Shown: positions 17,940-29,087, counted from the first letter of the stretch. The stretch is DNA of 64,000 nucleotides from an uncultured Bacilli bacterium (GCA_947628965.1 CANRBV010000003.1:2653-66652); one strand, 5' to 3'. Program-made: numbers and translations. The notes: generated by a model from the sequence alone, not told the origin.

Positions 17940-20279
17940 TTACCAGGATCCGCCTCCGCCTCCGCCAGAGCCACCACCTGAAAATCCTCCTCCAGAAGAT
18001 CCTCCGCTATAGGAGCTATCAGAAGAATTGCTAGAAGGACTAGATGATAAAACACTTTCAGCTGACACCATAGTGGTATTGATAAAAGTTCCAAACGTTG
18101 CTACATCAAAGACATTTGGACTCTCATACCAAGTAGGAGCTTGTAATGCAATAGTTTCAAACTTTTTAATCCATTTATCAGAGATTCCTAAAACATAAGT
18201 ATAAGGCAATATATCATAAAAATAGGTTGGGTTTTGCATAACCATAGCTTCTAATTTTTCTTTTTCGGTTGTTTCTAAAAAGTTTTTAAATCCCCTTATC
18301 TTCCCTAATATTTCATTGCCATATTTTGTTCTTTTTGGTAAAAATTTTATACATAATATCATTCCTAAAACACATAGAATTCCTACAAAATATCCTATTA
18401 AATATAATGGATCATCTAATAATATTGGAAGGATAGTAATAGCCCAAGGAATACCACCAAATAGGCTTCCCCACACTAATCCAAATATCTTTGTAATAAT
18501 AGCGGAATTAGTAGCAACACCATTAACATAAATAGTTTGCTTTCCACCAAACAGCATACTAAACAAAACAGTAAATCCAATTCCTGGAAATATTAAAGCA
18601 GGAATTAATATTTCCGTTTGCCCATAATAATTTAAAATTGGAGGAATAGTAATAAAACAATAAGTAGCAAAAATCATTAAGCTGATCAATAACGATTTAC
18701 TAAATTTTGACTTTTCAAAAATTTTATTTCTATTTTCTTTATTATTTATATTTGATAATATTTCCCCCATTGTAATATAAAAATTATCATATAAATCCGA
18801 TGAAGTAACTTCAATTAGTTTATTTTCTTCAAGATTATTATTATTTTTAAATAAACCGTTTAAAAATATTTTCTCATTTACGTTAGTTCCATCATAGTCC
18901 TTTAATTTAATTATTTTAAATCCTTTAGATTTAAAAAATAGAGATTTTTCTTCAGTTTCAGAAATTTTTATATATCCTTTATTTGCTAAATAGATTAAAA
19001 GTGAAGTAACATCTTGGTTATCCGCTTTTCCTTTATATAAAAAACCAACCTCTAAACTATTAAAACCTTCTGGTGGATAAAATTCTACAGTTTCAATAAC
19101 TTGTTCATCTCGACCAAATTTATACCAAATAAAGACTGCAATTCCTAAAAACAAAATGGGAATTAAATAAAAAATATAATCCATTAAATGAATCGTTAAC
19201 CCCGCATTAATAAAATAACCTTCTTCAAGTTCACAACGAATAGTTAGAGCTTCTCCAACACCTAAAATTCCATTATAATTTCCTGTTATTTTATTTCCAT
19301 TCACATTATATCGGATAGCACTATTATTTGTAGATCCTCTTACGCCAGAAGAAAATCCCAATTTACTTGAATCAAAATCTTTTGGCATAGTAATAGAAAA
19401 CGTAACGTTTCCTATGACCGTATCCCAATCTTCACCAATTATATTATAGTATAATTCATCATAGTCCTTTAAAGGATCTTTTCCTAAATTATAAGTATAC
19501 TTTATTATATAAGTTTGCTCTCCTTTTAAAGTTCGATCTGCAGAACCTATTTGAATTTTATAGTTACCATCTTCTCTTGACGTAGTATACTCATTATCAA
19601 CACTTAAATTCGTTACTTGTGTTCTATTTTTTTTCGTTGAACCATCTAATCTTTCAATTGTATTTTTTAAAGGAATGGTTCTAAATATTCCATGTTTTGG
19701 TACATTAAAATAAGCCGTTATTGTTTCTGTAATATCCAAGGTGTTATTTTCATTAACAAGAATGTTAACATCATACTTATCAATTACATAATCATAAGAA
19801 CGATACTGATAATTTTTGCTAGGGGTTAAAGAAGAAATGTTTGTCTCGTTAGAAGAAGTAGTCTCAATCTCAATTACTAGACGATAATAAGAAATTTCCT
19901 GAACTGTATGCCCATTCAAAATATTTAAGTTTGACATTTGATTAAAATCATTCGTTCCTGCTAATGCCATTCCATAATTATATCCTTGAGCAATAACATT
20001 ATACTTTGAATCATAATAATATACTGTTGATTTATGATTAATCGTATTGTTAGAACGATTCACAACAACTCCTGCTAAACCAAAATTTTTAGCAGAAATA
20101 GTAGAATAATCTTTAAATATAAGATTAGAAAACGATAAATTTCCAATATTTAAAGTTTGCGAACTATCATTAATATTTACGAACGTTGTTTGTTGAGTTA
20201 ATGCATTTGCATTTGATGGATAACTTAGCACTAATGATAACGCAACAACTATAAACCCTTCAATAATTCTTTTCATTTT
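17940..20279 (-). CDS. DUF2207-like membrane protein with signal peptide, large extracytoplasmic domain, multiple TMs and C-terminal Gly/Ser-rich tail
   Basis: Signal peptide MKRIIEGFIVVALSLVLSYPSNANA. Several TM helices in the C-terminal third. The tail is SSPSSNSSDSSYSGGSSGGGFSGGGSGGGGGGSW. It is paired with LemA, the classic LemA-DUF2207 arrangement. The start is trimmed to the signal-peptide Met; the ORF track extends to 20357. Confidence 0.6.
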   Translation of the reverse strand, partial: KMKRIIEGFIVVALSLVLSYPSNANALTQQTTFVNINDSSQTLNIGNLSFSNLIFKDYSTISAKNFGLAGVVVNRSNNTINHKSTVYYYDSKYNVIAQGYNYGMALAGTNDFNQMSNLNILNGHTVQEISYYRLVIEIETTSSNETNISSLTPSKNYQYRSYDYVIDKYDVNILVNENNTLDITETITAYFNVPKHGIFRTIPLKNTIERLDGSTKKNRTQVTNLSVDNEYTTSREDGNYKIQIGSADRTLKGEQTYIIKYTYNLGKDPLKDYDELYYNIIGEDWDTVIGNVTFSITMPKDFDSSKLGFSSGVRGSTNNSAIRYNVNGNKITGNYNGILGVGEALTIRCELEEGYFINAGLTIHLMDYIFYLIPILFLGIAVFIWYKFGRDEQVIETVEFYPPEGFNSLEVGFLYKGKADNQDVTSLLIYLANKGYIKISETEEKSLFFKSKGFKIIKLKDYDGTNVNEKIFLNGLFKNNNNLEENKLIEVTSSDLYDNFYITMGEILSNINNKENRNKIFEKSKFSKSLLISLMIFATYCFITIPPILNYYGQTEILIPALIFPGIGFTVLFSMLFGGKQTIYVNGVATNSAIITKIFGLVWGSLFGGIPWAITILPILLDDPLYLIGYFVGILCVLGMILCIKFLPKRTKYGNEILGKIRGFKNFLETTEKEKLEAMVMQNPTYFYDILPYTYVLGISDKWIKKFETIALQAPTWYESPNVFDVATFGTFINTTMVSAESVLSSSPSSNSSDSSYSGGSSGGGFSGGGSGGGGGGSW

Positions 20280-20286
20280 ATACCTC

Positions 20287-20844
20287 TTATAATTCCACTT
20301 TAATATTTTTTCTTTCCGTTTCGCTTGCTTCAAACATATTCTTTGGTTTATAGCCAAATAATTTTGCTATTATATTGCTTGGAAACATTTGAACTTTATT
20401 ATTATAAAGTCTAATAGTACCATTATAGTATTTTCTGGCATTTGCAATTTCATCTTCCACTTTAATTAGTTGATTACTTAAATCTTTAAAATTTTCATTG
20501 GCTTTTAAATCTGGGTAAGCTTCTGCTAAAGCCATAATTCTATGAATGCCCTTTGATAATTGTTCATTCGTTCTAATTTTCTCATCATTAGACATTTTCT
20601 CGTAAGTAGTATTTCGCAAAGTTACTACTTCATTTAGAGTCTCTTTTTCATGTTTAGCATACCCTTTTACTGTCTCTACAATATTGGGAATTAAATCCCA
20701 TCTTTTTTTCAAATAAACATCCATTGTTGCAAATGCTTCTTTGACTCTATTATTTAACTGAACAAAACTATTATACATTACAAATAGAGCAATTAAAATA
20801 ATAACTACTATTGCTATCATTATGTATAGCCACATATTCTTCAC
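20287..20844 (-). CDS. lemA: LemA family protein
   Basis: An N-terminal TM is followed by NSFVQLNNRVKEAFATMDVYLKKRWDLIPN, which is typical of LemA. Located upstream of the DUF2207 partner. Confidence 0.75.
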   Translation of the reverse strand: MKNMWLYIMIAIVVIILIALFVMYNSFVQLNNRVKEAFATMDVYLKKRWDLIPNIVETVKGYAKHEKETLNEVVTLRNTTYEKMSNDEKIRTNEQLSKGIHRIMALAEAYPDLKANENFKDLSNQLIKVEDEIANARKYYNGTIRLYNNKVQMFPSNIIAKLFGYKPKNMFEASETERKNIKVEL

Positions 20845-21027
20845 CTCTAATTAGAATTATAACACGTATAATACAGAGTAGTAAATTGATGAATATTGTA
20901 AATTTAAAAGTACTAAAATTACATTTTAATAAAAAAACTTTTTATAATCTTGACATAAGTTTAAGGTTATACTATAATCATTTTAGCAGTCGAATAGATA
21001 AAGTGCTAAAAAAGGAGAAATGATGAA

Positions 21028-22854
21028 ATGAAAGAATTTAAAGCAGAATCTAAAAGACTAATGGAATTAATGATAAATTCTATTTACACAAACAAAGAAA
21101 TATTTTTAAGAGAAATTATTTCAAACGCTTCGGATGCTATAGATAAATTGCACTACCAATCTTTAACAGATAAAAAAATGAAGATTAAAAATAGTGATTT
21201 TGCCATTTTTATCAAAACAGATAAGAATAAAAGAACTTTAACGATATCTGATAATGGTATTGGAATGACTAAAGAGGAGTTAGAAACGAATTTAGGAACA
21301 ATTGCTAAAAGTGGTTCATTTGATTTTAAAGAAAATAATAAGAAAAAGGAAAATATTGATATAATTGGTCAATTTGGAGTAGGATTCTATTCTGCATTTA
21401 TGGTAGCTTCTAAAGTAGAAGTAATATCTAAAGCATATGGAAGTGAAGAAAGCTATTCTTGGTCTTCCACTGGAATTGAAGGATATACTATAAAAAAGAG
21501 TAATAAAGAAAACTATGGTACAGACGTTATTTTAACAATCAAAGAGGAAGAAGAATATAATCGTTACTTAGAAGATTATGAAATTAAAAATTTAATCAAA
21601 AAATATTCAGATTATATAACCTATCCTATAAAAATGGAAGTAACAACCGATAAAGAAACCAAATTAGAAACACTTAATAGTTTAGTTCCATTATGGAAAA
21701 GAAACAAAAAGGATATTAATGAAGAAGAATACAATACGTTTTATTCTGACAAATTTTTTGATTATGAAAAACCTTTATCCCATATTCATATAAAAGCAGA
21801 AGGAACTCTTGAATACAATTCTTTAATATACATCCCATCGCATGCAAGTTACGATTATTATACAAAAGAGTACGAAAAAGGTTTGCAACTTTATTCAAAT
21901 GGTGTTTTAATTATGGAAAAATGTGCCGACTTAATTCCAGATTATTTTAGTTTTTGCAAAGGCGTCGTAGATTCTTCTGATTTATCACTAAATATTTCTC
22001 GTGAAATGTTACAACAAAACAGAGTGTTAAAGACTATTGCTTCGAATATTGAAAAGCATATAAAAAATGAACTAATTAATATGCGAGATGAAAAAAGAGA
22101 AGAATATTTAAAATTTTGGGAAGCTTTTGGCTTACAAATAAAAGCAGGAATATATAATAGTTATGGAATGGATAAAGACAAATTACAAGATTTATTAATG
22201 TTTTATTCCTCTAAAGAAAACAAGCTTATAACTTTAAAAGAATATGTTGCAAACAACAAAGAAGAAAAAGATATTTATTACGCTTGTGGTTCTTCTATTG
22301 ATCAAATAAAAACATTACCACAAGTAGAAGCCATGATTTCAAAAGAAAAAGACATTCTATTATGCCCTAATTATTTAGATGAATTTGTCTTTAAAACAAT
22401 GGTTAAATACGAAGATAAAGAATTTAAAAATGTTTGCTCTGAAAATATCGATATAGATACAGAAGAGGAAAAAGAAAAACTTAAAGCTCTAAATGAGAAT
22501 TCTAAAGATTTATTGGATTTAATGAAAAACGAGATTAATGTAGAAAGTGTTAGGTTTACAAGTAAACTTAAAAATCATCCTGTCTGTTTATCAACAGCTG
22601 GAGAAATTTCTGTGGAAATGGAAAAAGTTATGAATGCAATGCCAAACAATGAATCTATAAATGCTAAAAAAATTCTAGAAATTAACAATCAACATCCTAT
22701 AACTAAAAAGTTACAAGAATTATATAAAAAAGACAAAGAAGAATTAAAAAAATATAGTAAAGTACTATATGCTCAAGCCCGTTTAATAGAAGGATTGCCT
22801 ATTGATAACCCAACTGAAATTACAAATCTTATCTGCGATTTACTCGTAAAATAA
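21028..22854 (+). CDS. htpG: Molecular chaperone HtpG (Hsp90)
   Basis: N-terminal FKAESKRLMELMINSIYTNKEIFLREIISNASDAIDKL is the HATPase/Hsp90 signature. Size is 608 aa. Confidence 0.9.
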   Translation: MKEFKAESKRLMELMINSIYTNKEIFLREIISNASDAIDKLHYQSLTDKKMKIKNSDFAIFIKTDKNKRTLTISDNGIGMTKEELETNLGTIAKSGSFDFKENNKKKENIDIIGQFGVGFYSAFMVASKVEVISKAYGSEESYSWSSTGIEGYTIKKSNKENYGTDVILTIKEEEEYNRYLEDYEIKNLIKKYSDYITYPIKMEVTTDKETKLETLNSLVPLWKRNKKDINEEEYNTFYSDKFFDYEKPLSHIHIKAEGTLEYNSLIYIPSHASYDYYTKEYEKGLQLYSNGVLIMEKCADLIPDYFSFCKGVVDSSDLSLNISREMLQQNRVLKTIASNIEKHIKNELINMRDEKREEYLKFWEAFGLQIKAGIYNSYGMDKDKLQDLLMFYSSKENKLITLKEYVANNKEEKDIYYACGSSIDQIKTLPQVEAMISKEKDILLCPNYLDEFVFKTMVKYEDKEFKNVCSENIDIDTEEEKEKLKALNENSKDLLDLMKNEINVESVRFTSKLKNHPVCLSTAGEISVEMEKVMNAMPNNESINAKKILEINNQHPITKKLQELYKKDKEELKKYSKVLYAQARLIEGLPIDNPTEITNLICDLLVK

Positions 22855-22903
22855 GTTTAAAATATAAAAAGTCCAGTAAACTGGGCTTTTTATAATACTT
22901 CCA

Positions 22904-23170
22904 TTATTCTTCTACACTAGTTTTATTATATTCATCTAAAATAGCTTCTTGGAACATAGTACGTACTTCTGTATTAATTGGATGAGCAATATCTTTATAT
23001 TCCCCTGTAGCAGTTTTTCTGCTAGGCATTGCGATAAATAACCCATTATCTCCTTCAATAATACGAATATCATGAATAGCAAAAGAATCATCGACAACTA
23101 CTGTTGCTATTCCTTTCATTCTATTTCCTTCTCTTTCGAATCTACGAACGGTTACTGATGTAATTTTCAT
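22904..23170 (-). CDS. spoVG: Septation protein SpoVG
   Basis: MKITSVTVRRFEREGNRMKGIATVVVDDSFAIHDIRIIEGDNGLFIAMPSRKT aligns closely with SpoVG. Confidence 0.85.
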   Translation of the reverse strand: MKITSVTVRRFEREGNRMKGIATVVVDDSFAIHDIRIIEGDNGLFIAMPSRKTATGEYKDIAHPINTEVRTMFQEAILDEYNKTSVEE

Positions 23171-23251
23171 GTTTACTCTCCTTCTAAAGTTCTCATTTTT
23201 ATCGTAACTTACTATTATTGTAATTCATATTTTCAAACTTATCAAGAGTTT

Positions 23252-23464
23252 TTACAAATACTTGATACGAATTTCTCCTGTTGCAATATCGGAATACGTA
23301 AAGCTTTTTTCTATACCTTCCTCGTTAATTGTAAATATACTCGGATAAACATTAGAAATAAATCCAAAAATCTTATAATTTTTATTACGCATTCCAAACA
23401 CTGAAACCTCTACTTTAGAGTTCAAATGTTTTTTTACTTCTTCTTTTATAGTATCTAAATTCAT
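23252..23464 (-). CDS. veg: Veg-like protein (DUF1021)
   Basis: 70 aa. YPSIFTINEEGIEKSFTYSDI resembles B. subtilis Veg ([23 protein letters not shown]). Its position between yabG and spoVG matches Bacillus synteny. Confidence 0.6.
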   Translation of the reverse strand: MNLDTIKEEVKKHLNSKVEVSVFGMRNKNYKIFGFISNVYPSIFTINEEGIEKSFTYSDIATGEIRIKYL

Positions 23465-23473
23465 AGTTCCCCC

Positions 23474-24265
23474 TTATCTTGGATATCCAACATACATAAG
23501 GCCATTACAAATAATACCACCCATTCCATCTTTTCCATACTTCGTTTTTTCTAATAAAGAAATTAAATCAATTTCTTTATTTCTTTCTGTTAACGATATT
23601 GAAGTTGCGATAATAGCTGGATCCAAACAATGAATATTAATTCTTTTAGGACTTGATGCAAAATTAGCACCCGCTTTTATTAATTCTTCGTAGTTACTTT
23701 GACAAGCCCCAGCGATAACCACTAATTTTTCGTGGCTTTTTTCATAGCGACGGCATTCCTTTACGGCCTTAATAAAATTTTCCGTATTTTTATAATTGTG
23801 AATATCTTCCTGTTTGCCCTTCTTTTTATAATATGCATCATGCCCAGTAATAATGACAATATCAGGTTTATATTCTTCCAATAAATCTCTTATTTTTATA
23901 GGTATTTCTACTTCGTTCATCTTTTTTCCAATTGCAAAGATATTATGCTTTTTATAATACTCTAAGCATCTTTGTAAATATTCTGCATCTCCATCTAAAT
24001 GCAATATCTTTCCAGGTAAATAAAAAAATTCACTACGATCTAAAAAATCATCCTCTTCTATTTCTTCGTCCTCTTCTAATCTTTCTTGATCTTCTTTCGT
24101 AGCTATTGTCAAATCATCCATTTTACTATCTGCATATAAGCGAACATCAATTCCTTTTAAATAACAAGTATCTCCTTTGACGTTCATCACTTTAAATAAA
24201 GTGTCGTGATTATAACTCTTTCTTGTTACAATATCTCCTTTTTTAATAGGCATACTCTTCACCAC
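23474..24265 (-). CDS. yabG: Sporulation-specific protease YabG-like
   Basis: 263 aa, positioned ksgA-yabG-veg as in B. subtilis. The call rests mainly on synteny and size. Confidence 0.5.
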   Translation of the reverse strand: MVKSMPIKKGDIVTRKSYNHDTLFKVMNVKGDTCYLKGIDVRLYADSKMDDLTIATKEDQERLEEDEEIEEDDFLDRSEFFYLPGKILHLDGDAEYLQRCLEYYKKHNIFAIGKKMNEVEIPIKIRDLLEEYKPDIVIITGHDAYYKKKGKQEDIHNYKNTENFIKAVKECRRYEKSHEKLVVIAGACQSNYEELIKAGANFASSPKRINIHCLDPAIIATSISLTERNKEIDLISLLEKTKYGKDGMGGIICNGLMYVGYPR

Positions 24266-24315
24266 TACATTATATGCAAGAAATAAAAAATAGGTTCAAA
24301 AAGTCTTTTTTTCTC

Positions 24316-25104
24316 CTATTTTTCAAGATATAAATTGACTAACTTTTTAAAATTGTCTTTACTAATTTCTTCGGCACGCACATTTTCTTTGTAGCCCAAT
24401 TCTTTTAAAATTTTTTCAATTCTATTAAAGTCATAATTTTTCATATTATTCTTTAAAGTTTTTCTTTTATTTTGAAAGGCATCTTTAATAAAATGAAGAT
24501 AAAAATTTCTATCTTTAATATTATTATTTTCTTTTAATGTTAATTCTACGACTGCACTATCCACTTTTGGGACAGGTATAAAAGATGTTTTTTCTACTTC
24601 AAATAAAAGCGTTCCTTCATATTTTGAATCAACATATAAAGTAAAAGCATTATATTCTTTATGATTTTCTTCTGCACACAAACGAAGTCCAAATTCTTTT
24701 TGAACCAATAATACGATTTTTTGAATTGTAACTTCTGAATCAATCAATTTTGTAATAATGGGAGAAGTTATGTAATAAGGGATATTCGCTATGACATATA
24801 AATTTTTATACGGAATGTTCTTTATGTCCTCAATAATATTTTGTTTTAAAAAATCCCCATAAATAATCTTTATTTTATCTGTTTCATATTTTTTTAAATA
24901 AGTCTTCATTCGTTCATCAATTTCGTAACAAAGCATATAGGAATGCTTCTTTATAAGCTCTTTTGTTAAAGCTCCCATTCCTGGACCAATTTCGATAATT
25001 AAATCCTTATCTGTTACATCGACACTATTTGCAATTTTTTCTAAAACTTTTTCATCTTTTAAAAAATTTTGTCCTAAACTTTTTTTTGCTTTTATAAATT
25101 CCAT
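24316..25104 (-). CDS. rsmA: 16S rRNA (adenine1518/1519-N6)-dimethyltransferase RsmA/KsgA
   Basis: MEFIKAKKSLGQNFLKD... with SAM motif IIEIGPGMGALT. Size is 262 aa. Confidence 0.85.
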   Translation of the reverse strand: MEFIKAKKSLGQNFLKDEKVLEKIANSVDVTDKDLIIEIGPGMGALTKELIKKHSYMLCYEIDERMKTYLKKYETDKIKIIYGDFLKQNIIEDIKNIPYKNLYVIANIPYYITSPIITKLIDSEVTIQKIVLLVQKEFGLRLCAEENHKEYNAFTLYVDSKYEGTLLFEVEKTSFIPVPKVDSAVVELTLKENNNIKDRNFYLHFIKDAFQNKRKTLKNNMKNYDFNRIEKILKELGYKENVRAEEISKDNFKKLVNLYLEK

Positions 25105-25128
25105 ATCTTCACCAACTTAAAAAATGGC

Positions 25129-25677
25129 CTATTGCCATCCATTTCTTAATACATCATAAGTTACAACAGAACGCCCTACATATGCTGCATAAGTTGCATT
25201 TGATGTTAATAAATCTAAGTCATTTCCAAGTACGCCCCTGTCAAGTACAATGGCCAAAATAGGATCTTCAGATAATTTTGTATTATTCAAACGAACTATA
25301 GAACCGCAAGATAAATTTTTACTAGAAGCTACTATTTGTACCTTGCCATAAGATATATCTTGATAGGTTTCTGTACCATCTAAAACGTTGTATCGAGGTA
25401 AACAAGCCAGTTTTCCACTACATAATGGACAAGTTGGTAAATAACTAGTTAAATCTCCTGTATATGTTTCTTTGGCACTATATAAATCATTTTTAATATC
25501 TTCTTGTAACTTCAAAGCCATTGTTGCTAAATCAATGGATTTATTATAATTATCATTTAATACTTTCGTTTCTTTCATATTATTACTAGACTCTACAAAT
25601 ATAACGAGTAACACAAGCAAAGTTATTTGAAAAATTTTCTTGAAAGTTTTAAAATATTGTGGCATTTTCAACCTCAC
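25129..25677 (-). CDS. 3D-domain (MltA-like) secreted protein, YabE/YuiC-like
   Basis: Signal peptide present. The C-terminal AIVLDRGVLGNDLDLL is 3D-domain-like. Position matches yabE in Bacillus synteny. Confidence 0.45.
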   Translation of the reverse strand: MRLKMPQYFKTFKKIFQITLLVLLVIFVESSNNMKETKVLNDNYNKSIDLATMALKLQEDIKNDLYSAKETYTGDLTSYLPTCPLCSGKLACLPRYNVLDGTETYQDISYGKVQIVASSKNLSCGSIVRLNNTKLSEDPILAIVLDRGVLGNDLDLLTSNATYAAYVGRSVVTYDVLRNGWQ

Positions 25678-25720
25678 CTCGCAATAATTTTTTTATTTAT
25701 ATATTTTATCAAAAAGAGTA

Positions 25721-26476
25721 CTAAATGTCAAAAATTCGATTTATATTTTCATTGGTTATTTTTGCCAACTCTTTTTTATCAATATTTTTTATTTCACAAA
25801 TAAACTCAGCTATATTTAAAATTTTACTTGGATCATTTTTTTCTCCTCGAAAAGGAACTGGAGTTAAATAAGGAGAATCTGTTTCTAATACCAGATTATG
25901 AACATCTATATTATTTATGACTTCTTTTAAGCGACAATTTTTGAATGTAATAACACCATTTATTCCAAGTAAGAAGCCCATTTTTATATAAATATTTGCT
26001 ACTTCCAAACTACCACTAAAAGAATGAATTACACCCTTTACGTTGTATTTTTTTAAAAGTTCTATCGTATCTTCTGTTGCTTCTCTTGAATGTACAACAA
26101 CGGGCATATGGTATTTTTCAGCTAGTGCTAATTGACATTCAAAAAGCTTTATTTGTTCTTCCCTAGTTTCCTTTCCATAATGATAATCTAAACCTATCTC
26201 TCCAATTGCAACAACTTTTTTACATTTTAAATTCTCTTCAATAAACTTTATATCTTCTTCTTTATAGTTTAAAACATCTTCGGGATGAATTCCTAAAGCG
26301 CCATAGACTTCATTATATTTTAAAGTTTCTAATACCTCTTGATTACTTTTTAAATCACAACCAGCATTAATCATACGATTAACTTGATTTAATGATGCCT
26401 TTTTTAAAATATCATTAAGATCTTCATAATATTCTTTAAATAAATGACAATGAGTATCACAAAACATTAATTTCAC
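25721..26476 (-). CDS. tatD: TatD family DNase/hydrolase
   Basis: MKLMFCDTHCHL N-terminus with metal-binding His motifs. Size is 251 aa. Confidence 0.8.
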   Translation of the reverse strand: MKLMFCDTHCHLFKEYYEDLNDILKKASLNQVNRMINAGCDLKSNQEVLETLKYNEVYGALGIHPEDVLNYKEEDIKFIEENLKCKKVVAIGEIGLDYHYGKETREEQIKLFECQLALAEKYHMPVVVHSREATEDTIELLKKYNVKGVIHSFSGSLEVANIYIKMGFLLGINGVITFKNCRLKEVINNIDVHNLVLETDSPYLTPVPFRGEKNDPSKILNIAEFICEIKNIDKKELAKITNENINRIFDI

Positions 26477-27300
26477 CTACTTTTTTTCATTTCCAAGGCT
26501 TGTTGATGAACTGCAATTAACAAAGCATCGGCATAAGGAGATTCTCCAAAATACTCTTTTGCTTCTTCTAGTTTTTGATATAAATCTTCCTTTTTTGTTT
26601 CACAAATCACTTCAGCCTGATATAAATTATAACGAACATTCTCATCATATACTATTTCATTAGCTAAATCTATATACATTCCGTCTTTATTCTCTACAAT
26701 AGAATGATAATAAGTTCCAACGAAGCAATAAGGAATTAATTCTGTTAACAAAGTAGAATCGTTTAATAGTATTGTAGCGTCCCACGCATCTGCATGACAT
26801 TGTCCAAATAATTTGTTACGATATTTCATTATATACTGTAACATTTTAGGATTTTTATCAAAATAATCATAAATACTAAAAAAAGAATATTCTTCACCTG
26901 AAACAAGTGTAATATGAATTTTTTTATCTTCATAAGAAATTTTACCAATATAAGGACGATTTGAAAGTTGCTCTAGAATAGAACGATTTAATTTACCGAT
27001 TGTTGTTTTACCAAGCATACGCATATCTTCAGTAATTAAATACTTTAAATTTCCATTTTTCTTCCTATAAGCATCATAAAACGAGTTTAAAAGTTCTTTA
27101 TGATATTCTGTAAGATAATTCCTGAATGAATCAAATAAAGTATAAGGATTTAGATTTTCTAAAGAATGCTTTTGTAAAAATTTTTCTTTTGTACACAAAT
27201 GATGTTCTTCTAAAAAAGAAAAAACAAAATCAAAAATATTCTCATTATTTAGCCCAACAAATTGTTCTTCATAACGATAAATGATTTCATCAAAGTCCAT
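26473..27300 (-). CDS. Hypothetical protein (275 aa), co-transcribed with tatD
   Basis: 4-nt overlap with tatD. No motifs recognised. Confidence 0.3.
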   Translation of the reverse strand: MDFDEIIYRYEEQFVGLNNENIFDFVFSFLEEHHLCTKEKFLQKHSLENLNPYTLFDSFRNYLTEYHKELLNSFYDAYRKKNGNLKYLITEDMRMLGKTTIGKLNRSILEQLSNRPYIGKISYEDKKIHITLVSGEEYSFFSIYDYFDKNPKMLQYIMKYRNKLFGQCHADAWDATILLNDSTLLTELIPYCFVGTYYHSIVENKDGMYIDLANEIVYDENVRYNLYQAEVICETKKEDLYQKLEEAKEYFGESPYADALLIAVHQQALEMKKSR

Positions 27301-27319
27301 AAATCCTCCACCTAAATGT

Positions 27320-28840
27320 TTAACTTTCTACATCGATTCTTTGAAATAATATCTCTGGTTTTTTTAAATCATAAATAGCATTCTCATTAAATGTTAAATT
27401 TTTATCTTTCGTATTCAACTGTTCTAATATACGTTCACTCGTTTGTGGTAAATATGGAAATAAGAATACAGCACATACACGAATAGATTCCACTAAATTA
27501 TACAAAACCGTCTCCAAGCGATCTTTCTTATCTTCCTCTTTGGCAAGAATCCAAGGTGTTGTTTCATCAATATATTTATTACATCTTCTTAAAACTTCAA
27601 AGATTTCATCAATGGCCGCACCTATTTCTAAATGGTTCATATTTTCTTCTATTTTGGTTTCTAAATCAGTAACTTTCGCAAGTAATTCGCTATCAATTTC
27701 TTCATTAACTTTCTTATTTTCAATATGTCCTTCAAAATATTTTTGACCCATTGAAATAGTACGATTCACTAAATTTCCTAAAATATTAACTAAATCTCCA
27801 TTGATTCTTTCAATCAATAAATCTCTTGTGAATACTCCATCGCTAGAAAAAGGAATTTCATGTAACATATAGTAACGAACCGCATCAACACCAAATTCGT
27901 TTACTAAATCATCGGCATAAATAACATTTCCCCTACTTTTACTCATCTTTCCGTCACTCATAATAAGCCATGGATGCCCAAAGACTTGTTTTGGTAAAGG
28001 CAAATCTAAACTCATTAGAAAACAAGGCCAATAAAGCGTATGAAAACGAATAATATCCTTTCCTATCAAGTGTAAGTCGGCTGGCCAAAGTCTATTAAAT
28101 TCTTCACTGCTTCCATCAGGATCATATCCAATATTGGTAATATAGTTCGTTAGTGCATCCAACCAAACATAAACAATATGCTTGCTATCAAAATCAACAG
28201 GTATTCCCCAATCAAAAGAGGTTCTAGAAACGCATAAATCTTGTAAACCAGGTTTCAAGAAATTATTGACCATCTCATTTTTTCTAGATTCTGGCTCAAT
28301 AAAATGAGGATGCGCATTAATATAATCCATTAACTTATCTTGGTATTTACTTAATTTAAAAAAATATGCTTCCTCTTTCTTTAATTCAACATTCCTACCA
28401 CAATCTGGACACTTTCCGTCCACAAGTTGAGATTCTGTCCAAAAAGATTCACAAGGGGTACAATAAAGCCCTTGATATTCTCCAAGATAAATATCACCTT
28501 TGTCATACATTTTTTTAAATATTTTTTGAACAATTTTTTCATGATTAGGATCCGTAGTTCTAACAAATCGATCATAGCTAGTATTCATGATATCCCAAAT
28601 GTTTTTAATAACTCCTGATACATCATCCACAAACTCTTTTGGTGTTACTCCTGCTTCTTTTGCTTTTAATTCAATTTTCTCTCCGTGTTCATCTGTACCT
28701 GTTTGAAAATACACATCATATCCTTTTAATCGTTTATAACGAGCAATGGCATCTGCTAAAACAATCTCATACGTATTTCCTATATGAGGTTTTCCTGATG
28801 TATAAGCAATAGCTGTTGAAATGTAGTATTTTTCTTTCAT
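27320..28840 (-). CDS. metG: Methionine--tRNA ligase (short form)
   Basis: HIGN motif (AYTSGKPHIGNTYE), KMSKS motif and the Zn knuckle CPDCGR are present. Confidence 0.9.
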   Translation of the reverse strand: MKEKYYISTAIAYTSGKPHIGNTYEIVLADAIARYKRLKGYDVYFQTGTDEHGEKIELKAKEAGVTPKEFVDDVSGVIKNIWDIMNTSYDRFVRTTDPNHEKIVQKIFKKMYDKGDIYLGEYQGLYCTPCESFWTESQLVDGKCPDCGRNVELKKEEAYFFKLSKYQDKLMDYINAHPHFIEPESRKNEMVNNFLKPGLQDLCVSRTSFDWGIPVDFDSKHIVYVWLDALTNYITNIGYDPDGSSEEFNRLWPADLHLIGKDIIRFHTLYWPCFLMSLDLPLPKQVFGHPWLIMSDGKMSKSRGNVIYADDLVNEFGVDAVRYYMLHEIPFSSDGVFTRDLLIERINGDLVNILGNLVNRTISMGQKYFEGHIENKKVNEEIDSELLAKVTDLETKIEENMNHLEIGAAIDEIFEVLRRCNKYIDETTPWILAKEEDKKDRLETVLYNLVESIRVCAVFLFPYLPQTSERILEQLNTKDKNLTFNENAIYDLKKPEILFQRIDVES

Positions 28841-29085
28841 TTTCTTTCCTCCTAAAAAAATAAAAAAATCATAAACTAAGGGCGAAAAACCGCGGTACCA
28901 CCTTAATTCATGATTTTATCATGCACTTTTTTCGTAACGTGAATTATCCGATTTAACTCCAGAACCATGTTCATACCCTCATTTGTATTTACTTTCACCA
29001 AACGTAAACTCTCTTATCACAAACAAGAAATATTACTCTTTCCTTCCTCATTAATTATCTGTATAGTAGCATAAAAAAAACTTAA
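28841..29085 (-). promoter_or_regulatory. T-box leader (tRNA-sensing riboswitch) upstream of metG
   Basis: The minus-strand sequence AATTAAGGTGGTACCGCGG (reverse complement of 28881-28898) matches the conserved T-box motif AAUUAGGGUGGUACCGCG. Located 40-60 nt upstream of the metG start. Confidence 0.6.
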
Positions 29086-29087
29086 AT

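Noticed and set aside
20811-21023. 70-aa plus-strand ORF upstream of htpG
   Set aside because: It sits in the LemA-htpG intergenic/promoter region, overlaps the lemA 5-prime end, has no RBS and no recognisable motif, and is likely noncoding.
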